From: a virus
Lineage: Duplodnaviria; Caudoviricetes
DNA: 59,634 bases
Virus record (IMG/VR): IMGVR_UViG_3300005326_000008
Coordinates: 1-59,634 of that record
Reading direction: 5' to 3' (one strand)
Both the position numbers and the translations under genes were made by a program. Below are positions 16,032 to 25,517 of this stretch, one piece after another. The notes below the pieces were generated by a model. The model did not search any database. It saw only the letters and a list, made by a program, of their open reading frames with translations, and was not told where the DNA came from. Numbering within the stretch: position 1 is the stretch's first letter; the number at the start of each line of letters is the position of its first letter.

Positions 16032-17657
16032 CTAATATGTGAACCAGTTTGCGCCATCACAATACAAACTTACAGAGTTGTAGTTTGCGTTGATTGTATA
16101 TGTCCCGGCACCGTTAATGTTACCTACTGCTGGTTGGATAGTAATGTTGTTGGATGCAGCACCGCCAGATTCATCTTTGATACAAAATACTTTACCAGCG
16201 ATGTTCGCAGTCGCAGCCAATGTAATAGTCCTTGGAGAAGATGTGTCGAATACACCAACAATATAATCTCCTAGTTGTGCCGAACCGCTAGTGTTTAAAC
16301 CCCGTCTAGCTACAACTTGACCACCAGATAAATAAATTTGGCCAGTACCATTAGGAGATATGTAAATTGATTTGTTACTTGCAGTAGTTATTGAACCACC
16401 CAAGTTGAATGATAGTTGGTTATAACCTAAACTACTGTATTCTATATTTGAAGAATCTGGGTCGGTTGAACTATGTATAAAAATAGTTGGGTGGGATGCT
16501 GCCGAATGGTCATGGTCTCTAAAAATGTTTGTACCTGTTGTAAAGATAATACTCTTTGAAGTGTTACCCAATCCCCAAATAACTGTGTTACTAGTAGCTT
16601 GGACTGTAGACCATCTAATATTAGAGTTTGAACTAGTTCCGAATACAGCTCCTACATCGTTATTAATTCTCATACCATTGTAATGGATAGAGATAGAATC
16701 AAAGTGTGTCGTGTCATTAAACTCGCAAGGTCCTGAAACAAAAAAGCTGCCCGGTACGCCACTAATTCTATTTGCTGTCCCAGTTCCAACTTTTAATAAT
16801 CCTGTTCCTGTGTTCATAATCGCATCTGTACCATCATGTGTAGTGCTTACCCACTGATTGGTTGTGGAACCTGCGGAATGTACAAATAATGTCGGTGTAG
16901 TTGAAGCACTATGACCATAATCAAATGTACCAAAGTTAGCATCTGAGAAGATAATATTCTTAGAGTTTCTTGGTAATTGAGCTAAAACTGTTGGAGATGT
17001 CTGGTTAGTACTATAATCTAACATCATCCTACTACCAGTATTCATACCTATATACAAATATTTATCTGGCGCTATTACAGTATCACTATTAAACACGATT
17101 TGTGAACCTGTTGCCGCCTGCATATTTAAACTTCCAGCCTTTGATTGAACACCACCATCACCTGAAAAACTTAAACTGTTATAGCTTAATGCCGCGTAAT
17201 CCGAAGTTGCTGTCCCATTTGTTGCAGTGAAACTCTGAGTAACCGTTGCGTCTACCATAGAAGCAGTACCTAATGAAGTTAATGCTCCATCAAAATAAGA
17301 CATTCCATCAACTTCTAATTTACCTGAAACGAATAAATCATCATTAGCATTAAGAGTATGTGATGTAGAACCAGCGTCTCCTATTTGAGTAATACCTAAG
17401 CCATTAGGAACTATAGTTAAATTACCATTACTTGTTGAAGTTATTGAACCTCCAGCAGTAAATATGGCATTCCCTCCTATAGTGATATCGTCTGTGGAAA
17501 TGTCACCAGTAACACCTAAATCTCCAGTAACAGTTTCGTCTACTGATATTGAAGCGCTACCGCTTACAGTTAGGTCCCCACCCACAGTTAAATCTGATGA
17601 GATTGTTAAGTCTTCTATTGCGAGAGTTCCGCTATCCATTGGTTCAATTCTAGTCAT
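16032..17657 (-). CDS. Fibre-like virion protein
   Basis: DLTVGGDLTVSG beta-helix repeats, an internal duplication (DHSA..HPT.F.HS) and a C-terminal CDGANWF domain. Confidence 0.65.
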   Translation of the reverse strand: MTRIEPMDSGTLAIEDLTISSDLTVGGDLTVSGSASISVDETVTGDLGVTGDISTDDITIGGNAIFTAGGSITSTSNGNLTIVPNGLGITQIGDAGSTSHTLNANDDLFVSGKLEVDGMSYFDGALTSLGTASMVDATVTQSFTATNGTATSDYAALSYNSLSFSGDGGVQSKAGSLNMQAATGSQIVFNSDTVIAPDKYLYIGMNTGSRMMLDYSTNQTSPTVLAQLPRNSKNIIFSDANFGTFDYGHSASTTPTLFVHSAGSTTNQWVSTTHDGTDAIMNTGTGLLKVGTGTANRISGVPGSFFVSGPCEFNDTTHFDSISIHYNGMRINNDVGAVFGTSSNSNIRWSTVQATSNTVIWGLGNTSKSIIFTTGTNIFRDHDHSAASHPTIFIHSSTDPDSSNIEYSSLGYNQLSFNLGGSITTASNKSIYISPNGTGQIYLSGGQVVARRGLNTSGSAQLGDYIVGVFDTSSPRTITLAATANIAGKVFCIKDESGGAASNNITIQPAVGNINGAGTYTINANYNSVSLYCDGANWFTY

Positions 17658-18019
17658 TTTTCCTCCAAACTACTTGGTACAAACTTTTCTGGTCTGACCA
17701 AGGATTCTTTTATTTTTTTATCTTCTGAAATATTACAATGTTCAATATGACTGTTAACTAACTTTGTTTTCCCCGGAACAAGTCTCAAAGGTAATTCTGA
17801 TAATTTCTTGGAGCAAGTAGAAATGTACGAATCTTCAGCACTGTTAAAGTCTGTATAAAAACCACGCTCTTTAATTTTACCCTTAGTGTCTTTGTAAACA
17901 ACGAGATATTTGGCAGGTAAGTAATCGCTGTCTTTAGCATCAACTAAGTTAGAACTACGAAATGGTGTGAATTCCATCTCTACTTTTCCATTACTATTTT
18001 CTCGTTCTCGGAATAACAT
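17654..18019 (-). CDS. Hypothetical protein
   Basis: Tightly packed ORF in the late operon. Confidence 0.55.
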   Translation of the reverse strand: MLFRERENSNGKVEMEFTPFRSSNLVDAKDSDYLPAKYLVVYKDTKGKIKERGFYTDFNSAEDSYISTCSKKLSELPLRLVPGKTKLVNSHIEHCNISEDKKIKESLVRPEKFVPSSLEEK

Positions 18020-18021
18020 CT

Positions 18022-18438
18022 TTAGCTCATTATTGGGACATACTTTATCCTCAATGTAAAGTTTGAATTATTCACTGCGTCTGTATTGATAACTTTGATA
18101 TTTAACTTACTTTCACCATCTTCATTCTTGTAAGCAATGTATCTAATAGGTTGGTCAGATAAAGTCCCAGAGTTGTCAATATTCCTATAAATCCTATAAT
18201 TGTCTGAAAAATCATTCTTCTCATAAAGTTCTACATCAAAGTCTGTAGAGTTTGTTGCAAAACACATTATATGAGATAATTGTGCTTTCTTAACAAAAGT
18301 ATAACTAAATGTACCAGTAGCACCGGCACTAATAGTACCTGTCGTTTGTGTAAATGTGTCTGTTGGAAAAGCATAATCTGCTTCGGCTTGGTCGAGCCTA
18401 ATTGTTTGACCATCATCCCTTAATACATATCCTGCCAT
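18022..18438 (-). CDS. Putative virion structural protein
   Basis: Beta-rich; GGAG RBS. Confidence 0.55.
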   Translation of the reverse strand: MAGYVLRDDGQTIRLDQAEADYAFPTDTFTQTTGTISAGATGTFSYTFVKKAQLSHIMCFATNSTDFDVELYEKNDFSDNYRIYRNIDNSGTLSDQPIRYIAYKNEDGESKLNIKVINTDAVNNSNFTLRIKYVPIMS

Positions 18439-18502
18439 TTTTTGTCTCCTATGATTTTGTGATTATGATGTTAAGCAATAAAAAAATAAAAAAGGGTGAT
18501 GC

Positions 18503-18643
18503 TTATTTCACCTCTATTGGTTTCTTGGTCGAACTCCAACCAGTTGCCTTAAATGGTAATCCTACACCATACTCTTTCATCTGAGCAAGTGTCTCATTGG
18601 ATAACTTCCCATTCTTCATTTTGAATCCTTTTATGGTTGGCAT
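18503..18643 (-). CDS. Small basic protein (46 aa)
   Basis: GGAG RBS; MPTIKGFKMKNGK...; followed by a hairpin and T-run. Confidence 0.5.
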   Translation of the reverse strand: MPTIKGFKMKNGKLSNETLAQMKEYGVGLPFKATGWSSTKKPIEVK

Positions 18644-18653
18644 CTAGTTACTC

Positions 18654-19598
18654 CTAAGCGTATGGGTTCTTGACCAATATCCAAGCTACTGAGTTCGCAT
18701 CTGATGCGTTAGAGCTTGTAATGGTAATCGTTCCTGTGCTACATACTCCTGCTAATACTCCCGCGTTAGAAGTACCAGTGTTGTTAGTTAGGAATACTAT
18801 ATCACCAGTAGCGGCACTTGCGTTAGCTACTGTTGCTGCACCAGAGGACAAAGCAACTGTTCCTGCAACCAAACTGTTATCAGTAATGTATAACGTATTA
18901 TTAATAATAGTTGGTCCACTTAAAGATGCTGTACCTGAACTTCCAGTAGAGATTCCACCATTACCAATAATTAAACCAGTAGCAGTTAATCCGCTTACAG
19001 CAGCAACAGGCCCATTCAATGTCATTGTACCGTTTGCGCCCAAGGTTACATTATTGTTAAATGTCGCAGCAGCGCTATGTGTCATTGCACCTGAAATAGT
19101 AGATGGGCAAGAGATAGTTGCTGTGTTTGTACCAGAAGCTGTCAAAGCACCAGTAATTGTAGTAACGCCTGTAATTGAAGCAGTTCCATCAATGGTTAAT
19201 GGTCCTGATATTGTAACAGTTCCATTCGCTCCTATAGATACATTATTACTTGCAGTCAATGCACCAGTAATAGTTGTAACTCCGGTAATTGAAGTTGCAC
19301 CAGATATTGTATTTGCACCACTTAATGTGTTTGGTCCAGCCAAAGTGACAGTTCCTGTAGTTCCTACAGTAATACCTGCGCCTGTTTGGCAAGCTATTGT
19401 TGAATATGCTCTTAATGTGTCTGTGGTTGCAGCACATAAATCTACATTAGCATTTGCGTCTAATTTACCTGTTACGGTAAGTGTATCAGCACTAGCGTCA
19501 CCAAATGTGAAGTTTCCATCAACATCTAGGTTTCTTGAGATGCTAACGTCTCTTGCAGTAACATCTCCGCTATGCCATCCGAATCTTGTGTTTGTCAT
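18654..19598 (-). CDS. Head fibre / decoration protein
   Basis: Directly after MCP; Gly/Thr/Ala beta-helix repeats (SITGVTTITGALTAS twice). Confidence 0.65.
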   Translation of the reverse strand: MTNTRFGWHSGDVTARDVSISRNLDVDGNFTFGDASADTLTVTGKLDANANVDLCAATTDTLRAYSTIACQTGAGITVGTTGTVTLAGPNTLSGANTISGATSITGVTTITGALTASNNVSIGANGTVTISGPLTIDGTASITGVTTITGALTASGTNTATISCPSTISGAMTHSAAATFNNNVTLGANGTMTLNGPVAAVSGLTATGLIIGNGGISTGSSGTASLSGPTIINNTLYITDNSLVAGTVALSSGAATVANASAATGDIVFLTNNTGTSNAGVLAGVCSTGTITITSSNASDANSVAWILVKNPYA

Positions 19599-19647
19599 TT
19601 TTGTGTTCCTCTCGAGTTTTACCCCCGCGTATTACCGCCAGAGTATA

Positions 19648-19680
19648 ATTAAAATAAAAAAATAAGGGAAATTCCCTTAA
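19648..19680 (-). terminator. Hairpin plus T-run after the major capsid gene
   Basis: TAAGGGAATTTCCCTTA followed by TTTTTTTATTTT on the minus strand. Confidence 0.6.
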
Positions 19681-20711
19681 GCGTCTGTTACCCAGATTTT
19701 TACGATTGCATCTGTGTAGAATACACTTGTAGCGTAGTTCATTGCTAAGATGATTCTAGTTTGTAAGTTACTTGGGTAATCGAATATCTTCAATGTAGGA
19801 GGTAATCCCCAAGCTAATGCACTAGCTTTCTTAGCTTTTAACAATAAACAAGTGTGTCCGATAACTGATGCTCCACCACCATCAGTGAATCTTGGTGTGT
19901 TGCTTGTTACAACAATTTTTGTACCTAAATATCTACCAATCTCACCATTCAAAACAATATCATTGTTTCCGTATTCAGAAGCGTTGACAAACTGAGAATC
20001 TTTCAAGAAAGCGTTCTCGTTTTCAGGCGCGATGAATAATACGAATGGTTCTTCAGGTGTGTTTAACCATGGGTTCTTGTAATCAGAACTGTCTCCTTCA
20101 GTAGAACCGCTCCAGTATTTTACTGTGGTACTCATCAATCTTGTTTTTGCGTTAGCAACCAAGTCTGTAGTCAATATGTCACCACTAGCTAATGTTGCCT
20201 TTGAGTAAGCATCTCCACCGAAGATTTCTTGAGCTCCTCTAGCACTTGATGTTGCGGTTGTTGCAGCAGCTAATGCAGCAGAAATTGCTTTATCAACTAC
20301 GTCTGCAGCCCAGTAAGTCAACTCTTCTTTAGCAGCTCTTACTAAATCTACAGCGTTTGTTTGCATAGCATAGTCTGACAATCTAATTGAATAAGCGTGC
20401 TGTGATGGGCTTAATTCAAGTCCGTCCAAGTTATCCATTGTGGTTGCGGATACTTCTGTGTTCTCTGCTGTTTGGTCAGCAAATGTACCTGCGTTTGCTA
20501 AGTAAACTTTTCTGTAAGGAACTACTACATCTTTGTTTCCTTTTGGAACTTCTGTAGTATAAGATACTTGTACAAAGTATTGCATTTTCTTTGCACCATC
20601 TATAATGTCCCTTAACCATACGACTGGTTCTAATGCGTATACGGTACCGATGGAACTACCTCTTGTAGATGAGGAACCGGTATCAGCTAATTCTATAATT
20701 GTTTCTTTCAT
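19677..20711 (-). CDS. Major capsid protein (HK97 fold)
   Basis: 344 aa after the protease; PVVW, LNGEIGRYLGTKIVVT motifs. Confidence 0.9.
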   Translation of the reverse strand: MKETIIELADTGSSSTRGSSIGTVYALEPVVWLRDIIDGAKKMQYFVQVSYTTEVPKGNKDVVVPYRKVYLANAGTFADQTAENTEVSATTMDNLDGLELSPSQHAYSIRLSDYAMQTNAVDLVRAAKEELTYWAADVVDKAISAALAAATTATSSARGAQEIFGGDAYSKATLASGDILTTDLVANAKTRLMSTTVKYWSGSTEGDSSDYKNPWLNTPEEPFVLFIAPENENAFLKDSQFVNASEYGNNDIVLNGEIGRYLGTKIVVTSNTPRFTDGGGASVIGHTCLLLKAKKASALAWGLPPTLKIFDYPSNLQTRIILAMNYATSVFYTDAIVKIWVTDA

Positions 20712-21823
20712 TTTTCATACCCCTTTTCTTTCCTTAGGAAAGATAACATTCCGTAGTCGGAATTCTTATGATTTTGAGCTGGAACTTCTTGGTTCTCAAC
20801 TTGTGTCTGTGGAACTGCATTCTCTGGCACTTCCAATTTTTGTTGAAGTTCTAAAACTTTAGCTTCGGTAGATTTTAGCTTTTCAGAAAGTTCGGAATTC
20901 TCTTGCATCATTTTCTTTTTATCCATATCTTCTTCTGGAGTTTTGCATTTATTTTCCATTTCTGTTGGCTTTTCCTTTTCTTCTTCTTTAGGTTCTTCTT
21001 CCTTAGCCTTATTCTCAATGCTAGTTTCTTTTGGTCTAACATGACCTAAGATTTCTGAAAGCATTTGTCTAGTCTCAGATTCTGTCTTCAACAACCCTAT
21101 TATTTCAGATAACATCTGTTTAATTTCATTGTCTTCAGCCATTTTCTTTTGTACCTCTCTGTACGAGTTTACTATCTCAGCAAATCCTGCCTCAGGATTA
21201 GTAGACTTAAAGTCTTTGATATATTCCTTGAAATCTCCGCTAAATAAATCTCTCATCTCTTCTTCAGTCATCTCTTGTCTTGGAGAACTGTCATTGTTCT
21301 CTACAGTCTCTTTGGAAATATCTGCCTGAACAGATTCGTTTGCTTGAGTAGAAGCGATATCTAAATTAATATTATCAGTCTTAACTTCTTGATTGTTAAT
21401 GTAAGCAGTCTTAACTGCTGGATTGATTACAATGCTCATATTTCTGAATAAGAATTCTTGCATAACATTATCATCTGTAGCTTTACCTTCAACCTTTGGA
21501 GAAATACCAAATTTTGCACCATAATGTAATTTCATTGCAGTAGGTTTGTCAACTACAACTAAATCTCCACGGACTTCACCATCAGGAGAAATAACTGGGT
21601 TAATTACTTCACCAACCCATTCTAATGAATCTCTATCTTTGTGGTCTAAGAATAAACTACGAATTTCTTTATCATTCCAATCGGTACGCTCATACGCGCC
21701 CGCGATTGCATCTTTAGTATATAAATAATTGTTCCAGATTCCGGGAGACATTAGAACTTTATTCTTTACTATGTAAGGTACCTTAACTTCTTTTTCCAAA
21801 TCCAAAGATTCAATGTCCGGCAT
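20708..21823 (-). CDS. Prohead protease / scaffold fusion
   Basis: PGIWN, LFLDH, WVGEV, GISP, SIVINPAV protease motifs, then a charged coiled-coil tail. Confidence 0.85.
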   Translation of the reverse strand: MPDIESLDLEKEVKVPYIVKNKVLMSPGIWNNYLYTKDAIAGAYERTDWNDKEIRSLFLDHKDRDSLEWVGEVINPVISPDGEVRGDLVVVDKPTAMKLHYGAKFGISPKVEGKATDDNVMQEFLFRNMSIVINPAVKTAYINNQEVKTDNINLDIASTQANESVQADISKETVENNDSSPRQEMTEEEMRDLFSGDFKEYIKDFKSTNPEAGFAEIVNSYREVQKKMAEDNEIKQMLSEIIGLLKTESETRQMLSEILGHVRPKETSIENKAKEEEPKEEEKEKPTEMENKCKTPEEDMDKKKMMQENSELSEKLKSTEAKVLELQQKLEVPENAVPQTQVENQEVPAQNHKNSDYGMLSFLRKEKGYEK

Positions 21824-21838
21824 ACCATGGTCTAGAAT

Positions 21839-21869
21839 GTATCCTTTACACTTAAATAGTTATCTAAGA
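21839..21869 (-). promoter_or_regulatory. Late promoter, copy 2 (capsid operon)
   Basis: TCTTAGATAACTATTTAAGTGTAAAGGATAC, near-identical to 14210-14240. Confidence 0.8.
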
Positions 21870-22018
21870 TTGTATTTAATCTGATAAAGATAAACTGTCT
21901 TCTTGTTACATCCAACTTCTTCAGCAATCTCGCCACGGTTACAACCTTGTAAAGTTAATTCAACAATTTTGTTTATCTGAGTTGTAGACAAGTTCCTAGA
22001 TAATGATGGTACTTTCAT
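21860..22018 (-). CDS. Small helix-turn-helix protein (52 aa)
   Basis: QGCNRGEIAEEVGCNKKTVY HTH; GAGGTG RBS; missing from the ORF track. Confidence 0.7.
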   Translation of the reverse strand: MKVPSLSRNLSTTQINKIVELTLQGCNRGEIAEEVGCNKKTVYLYQIKYNLR

Positions 22019-22574
22019 TGAACACACCTCTTACCTCAAAATATAAATCCATTGTAGAACCATCAAGGTATTTGGAATTGAAACTTTTCACAACAGCACC
22101 ACTGGAGTAAGGAAGCATAGAACAAGTATTAATCGCGTTTACTATATCTTCTTGGTTACTTACAACAATCGCATACAAATTCTTTACATCTACTGGTAAG
22201 TACTTAAGTCTGTTGATAATAGATTTCCGTTCTGCCCAAGATAACTTGCGAACATCTTTATTAAAATATAATACATCCAAAATGTATATCTTTGGAGTAT
22301 GGTGAGTTAGTATCAATTGTGAGAGCATTATTTTTAGAATAGTCGAAGGAGTAGTTTCAATGGGATAATAAGGTTCCATTTTCAATACTGCATCAAAAAT
22401 AAAATCTTTGTCTTTAAATTTTAAAAATTGGTTAGCAGTGTCTGGCATAGACATGGTTATATCTATTCCAGTAATAGTCTTAATCTTAACATCGTTACCT
22501 TTCTTGTGGATTACTACCCTAACTCCTTCAACTAATGGCTCGACACCATAGTTAACATTGAATGACTTCATCAA
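21996..22574 (-). CDS. ATP-dependent DNA ligase adenylation-domain homologue, predicted inactive
   Basis: VEPLVEGVRVVIHKKG (motif I, no Lys), FIFDAV, ILDVLYFN, ERKSII, SGAVVK...SKY; no OB domain. Confidence 0.75.
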   Translation of the reverse strand: MMKSFNVNYGVEPLVEGVRVVIHKKGNDVKIKTITGIDITMSMPDTANQFLKFKDKDFIFDAVLKMEPYYPIETTPSTILKIMLSQLILTHHTPKIYILDVLYFNKDVRKLSWAERKSIINRLKYLPVDVKNLYAIVVSNQEDIVNAINTCSMLPYSSGAVVKSFNSKYLDGSTMDLYFEVRGVFNESTIII

Positions 22575-23643
22575 TTAGCTTCCTCCATTCGGTCAACCAA
22601 GACTTTTTATCGTAATTAGCCTGAGCAAATGACCTTGGACTGAACTTCTCAAGGTTTTCTAGCACATATTTTATCCCATTCTCGAACCCTTGGACAGACT
22701 CTTCTACAACTAATCCAGCTTCAAATTCAGGTTTTTTATCCCAAAATAAGCCTGATTTTGTGGAAATAACCGGGACATTACAAGCCATAGACTCGATTGC
22801 TGTCAGGTTAAAACTTTCTATATGCGACGTGCAAATAGTTACATCTGCCATGTTATACATTAACTGCATGCAATCGTACTTGATATTATCAAACACGCTA
22901 ACATTCGGTGATACAATCTTGTTTTTCTTGACATTATGCTTGAACACTAATACAAAATGCCACTCTGGGTGAGCTAATATCAAATCTCTTACCAGTTCGT
23001 AACCTTTAACCGGATGGAATGCACCGGACCATAAGATAACCGGTTTGTCTAAAGGAACTTTCAATTCTTCACGGATTTTATTCTTTTCCATAGGTATGAA
23101 TAATTCTGTGTCACAAGCATGAGGCAAATATCTTATCTTGTCCTCGCCTTCAGGGTATATCTCTAAAACATAGTGTCTCATATATTCTGTTGGCACTACG
23201 ATTAAATGACTTTTCCTAAATTGTTCTACTTGTAATAATGGATATGTAAATCCGAACTCAGTATAATTATTCTGGTCATATACACCTAGCTCAGTAAATC
23301 TATCAGCTAATGGTAGATATGGGTTTTGTGCTATTGTTATTAACTTGATTGCCTTCGGGAAATAAAAAGGAAAACAACAATCATTAGCAATAATCAGTTT
23401 AGGTAATGAACCGACTAACTCTGCCATCTTCAAATAATGTGCCATGATACCAGTCTTAGAGATTACTTGTAAATTTGTATAAGCCCCAAATGGTTGTTGG
23501 TTCAATTTCATTGCACAATAGTTTGGAGTGAAAGTTTCAATCTGGTCTGAAGGAAACAATCCAGATAGTAGTAAATTAATCCGCTCACAACCGCCAATTA
23601 TCTCGCCAGCATCATAAAAGTTTGCTAGTAAATAGTCTTTCAT
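22552..23643 (-). CDS. Glycosyltransferase family 4 (GT-B)
   Basis: GGCE, HPVKG, ESFNLTAIESMACNVPVI (EX7E). Confidence 0.9.
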   Translation of the reverse strand: MKDYLLANFYDAGEIIGGCERINLLLSGLFPSDQIETFTPNYCAMKLNQQPFGAYTNLQVISKTGIMAHYLKMAELVGSLPKLIIANDCCFPFYFPKAIKLITIAQNPYLPLADRFTELGVYDQNNYTEFGFTYPLLQVEQFRKSHLIVVPTEYMRHYVLEIYPEGEDKIRYLPHACDTELFIPMEKNKIREELKVPLDKPVILWSGAFHPVKGYELVRDLILAHPEWHFVLVFKHNVKKNKIVSPNVSVFDNIKYDCMQLMYNMADVTICTSHIESFNLTAIESMACNVPVISTKSGLFWDKKPEFEAGLVVEESVQGFENGIKYVLENLEKFSPRSFAQANYDKKSWLTEWRKLIDEVIQC

Positions 23644-23651
23644 TTATTCAC

Positions 23652-24950
23652 CTATAATCCTAATGACTGCGTATGGTAGTCCATTACTTGTTTGCTTGCG
23701 TCTTGCTCTCCTGAAACTTTATCAACTAACTTTACCCATTGGTTCATAACATCTTCTTTCAGATAATTCTTTGTATGGTTGATTGCATTCTCAGAATATT
23801 GTTTGAACTCTGGTTTGTTTCTCTGGTCAAACATGATTAACATATCTTCAGTTAGTTCGCCCATGTTAATTAGAAACAAATCTGATAATGCTGGCATAGT
23901 CTCAATATACGCTGGAGTTACTGTCATCCCCGCCTTAGGAGTCTCTACCAACTCTTGGCCAGTAGTTGCTCTGAAAGTTAATTGAGGTATTCCACAAGCC
24001 ATGGATTCTAAAATAGGTAATCCAAAAGATTCGCCACTAGAAGTCTGGACATTTACATCAGACATCCAATACATCTTTTTCATATACTCTGGCCCAAATG
24101 CTTGGTTAGAGTTATATTTCATCCCTCGACCATCCATCTCGTTAGTTGGCTCAGGTTTACCTAATTTGTCTAGCTTAAAGTTTACAAAGATTATATGGTT
24201 ATCCAACCTATACATTTGTCTCATTAAGATTAGGTTCATACCTTCAGGTTCTATTGGGTCGGTAACTAGTACTATCCTAGCCTTTTCTTCAAACTCCTTA
24301 TTCAAATCACAAGCTCGTCTGAAGGATTTAAACATTGCTGGATAATTCTTTTGGTTACCTTTATTTCTCATAACGGAAATAAACACAAAATTATCTTTAT
24401 TCAACCCAAATCTTTCTCTAAACTCGTGCCTATTATCCGATTCTGTTGGAGGATAATATTCTTCAGGTGAGATAAAGTGAGGGATATATTCTACTGTGGG
24501 ATAACCAGTCTTAATCAATAAATCAGTCCCCCATTGGCTTGGGACTACCAAAACCTTAGCTCTAGAAATCTTATTTACCATAAACGGAGATATCGGACTA
24601 GCATTTACTGTTACATGCGCTATCCAAGTTAAGTCTTTGAACTTTTCAACTACCCTAGGAATATGAGCTACACAATCCATCCACAAATCCATTCCAGTTA
24701 GTAAGATGTCTATGTTACAAATTCTCAAATAATCTTCTAGTACATCACTAGTCCAAGGGTCGTACCTTAGTCCCAGTCTCTGGATACCATCATTATCAAT
24801 ATGGCTAATACCTATATCTTGCATGCCAAAGTAATAGACATTGTATCCGGATTTCTTCAGAGCTCGTGCTACCTCTGAGAATATGACTGCGTACCCAAAC
24901 CTAGTATTTATAGAGTTACTAAGTATCAAAATGTTCTTTTTTCGTTCCAT
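23652..24950 (-). CDS. Glycosyltransferase family 4 (GT-B)
   Basis: RNKGNQKN and GESFGLPILESMACGIPQ (EX7E). Confidence 0.9.
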   Translation of the reverse strand: MERKKNILILSNSINTRFGYAVIFSEVARALKKSGYNVYYFGMQDIGISHIDNDGIQRLGLRYDPWTSDVLEDYLRICNIDILLTGMDLWMDCVAHIPRVVEKFKDLTWIAHVTVNASPISPFMVNKISRAKVLVVPSQWGTDLLIKTGYPTVEYIPHFISPEEYYPPTESDNRHEFRERFGLNKDNFVFISVMRNKGNQKNYPAMFKSFRRACDLNKEFEEKARIVLVTDPIEPEGMNLILMRQMYRLDNHIIFVNFKLDKLGKPEPTNEMDGRGMKYNSNQAFGPEYMKKMYWMSDVNVQTSSGESFGLPILESMACGIPQLTFRATTGQELVETPKAGMTVTPAYIETMPALSDLFLINMGELTEDMLIMFDQRNKPEFKQYSENAINHTKNYLKEDVMNQWVKLVDKVSGEQDASKQVMDYHTQSLGL

Positions 24951-24968
24951 TCTCTTCGTCCTCTTCTA

Positions 24969-25517
24969 TCAAAAAATGGTCTCAACTAATTCCCGAACAT
25001 TCTTAAACCTCTTTGCAGGGGTCATAAGTTTTACAGTTTTCATTGGTTCTATTTTTGATTTTGAGTTGTCTTGAAGTGTTTGGATATTGTCGTAATAAAA
25101 ACCATCAGAGTAAGCTCTTTCATCTATCTTAATCTTTCTGGGTTCTGAATAAATATCGACTAAATCGAAATCGTAGATAAAAAAATATTCTTTGTTACCA
25201 TAAAATAATTCTAACTCTAATGGGTCTAAGGATAATTCTTCGATATGGTTTAATAGTACTTCCGTGTACGATACCTTTTGCGCATGACCTAACTTTAAAA
25301 TACCATAACAGAAATCATTGTCAATCAGGTAATACAGCTGGCCGGATTTAGTAAAATATTCTCGCGTGAAAAGCATCAACCTCTTTTTCCCACAGGCTAT
25401 CTTACTAGCATGAACATCTTTGAGAGCAGACTTAGTATTAATCAACCTCTCTGTAATCTGGCTAGACCCAGACTTACTGTTTTCCTGTTTCAGGTACTCT
25501 GGTCCTATCGATTTCAT
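24969..25517 (-). CDS. ASCH/PUA-like domain protein with a ligase-like C-terminal peptide
   Basis: LKDVHASKIACGKKRLML and CYGILKLG are ASCH-like. Confidence 0.5.
   Translation of the reverse strand: MKSIGPEYLKQENSKSGSSQITERLINTKSALKDVHASKIACGKKRLMLFTREYFTKSGQLYYLIDNDFCYGILKLGHAQKVSYTEVLLNHIEELSLDPLELELFYGNKEYFFIYDFDLVDIYSEPRKIKIDERAYSDGFYYDNIQTLQDNSKSKIEPMKTVKLMTPAKRFKNVRELVETIF

Noticed and set aside
18670-19665. 331-aa plus-strand ORF
   Set aside because: Antisense shadow of the Thr/Gly/Ala-rich fibre gene; its Val/Pro/Ala composition mirrors those codons and it opposes the late operon.
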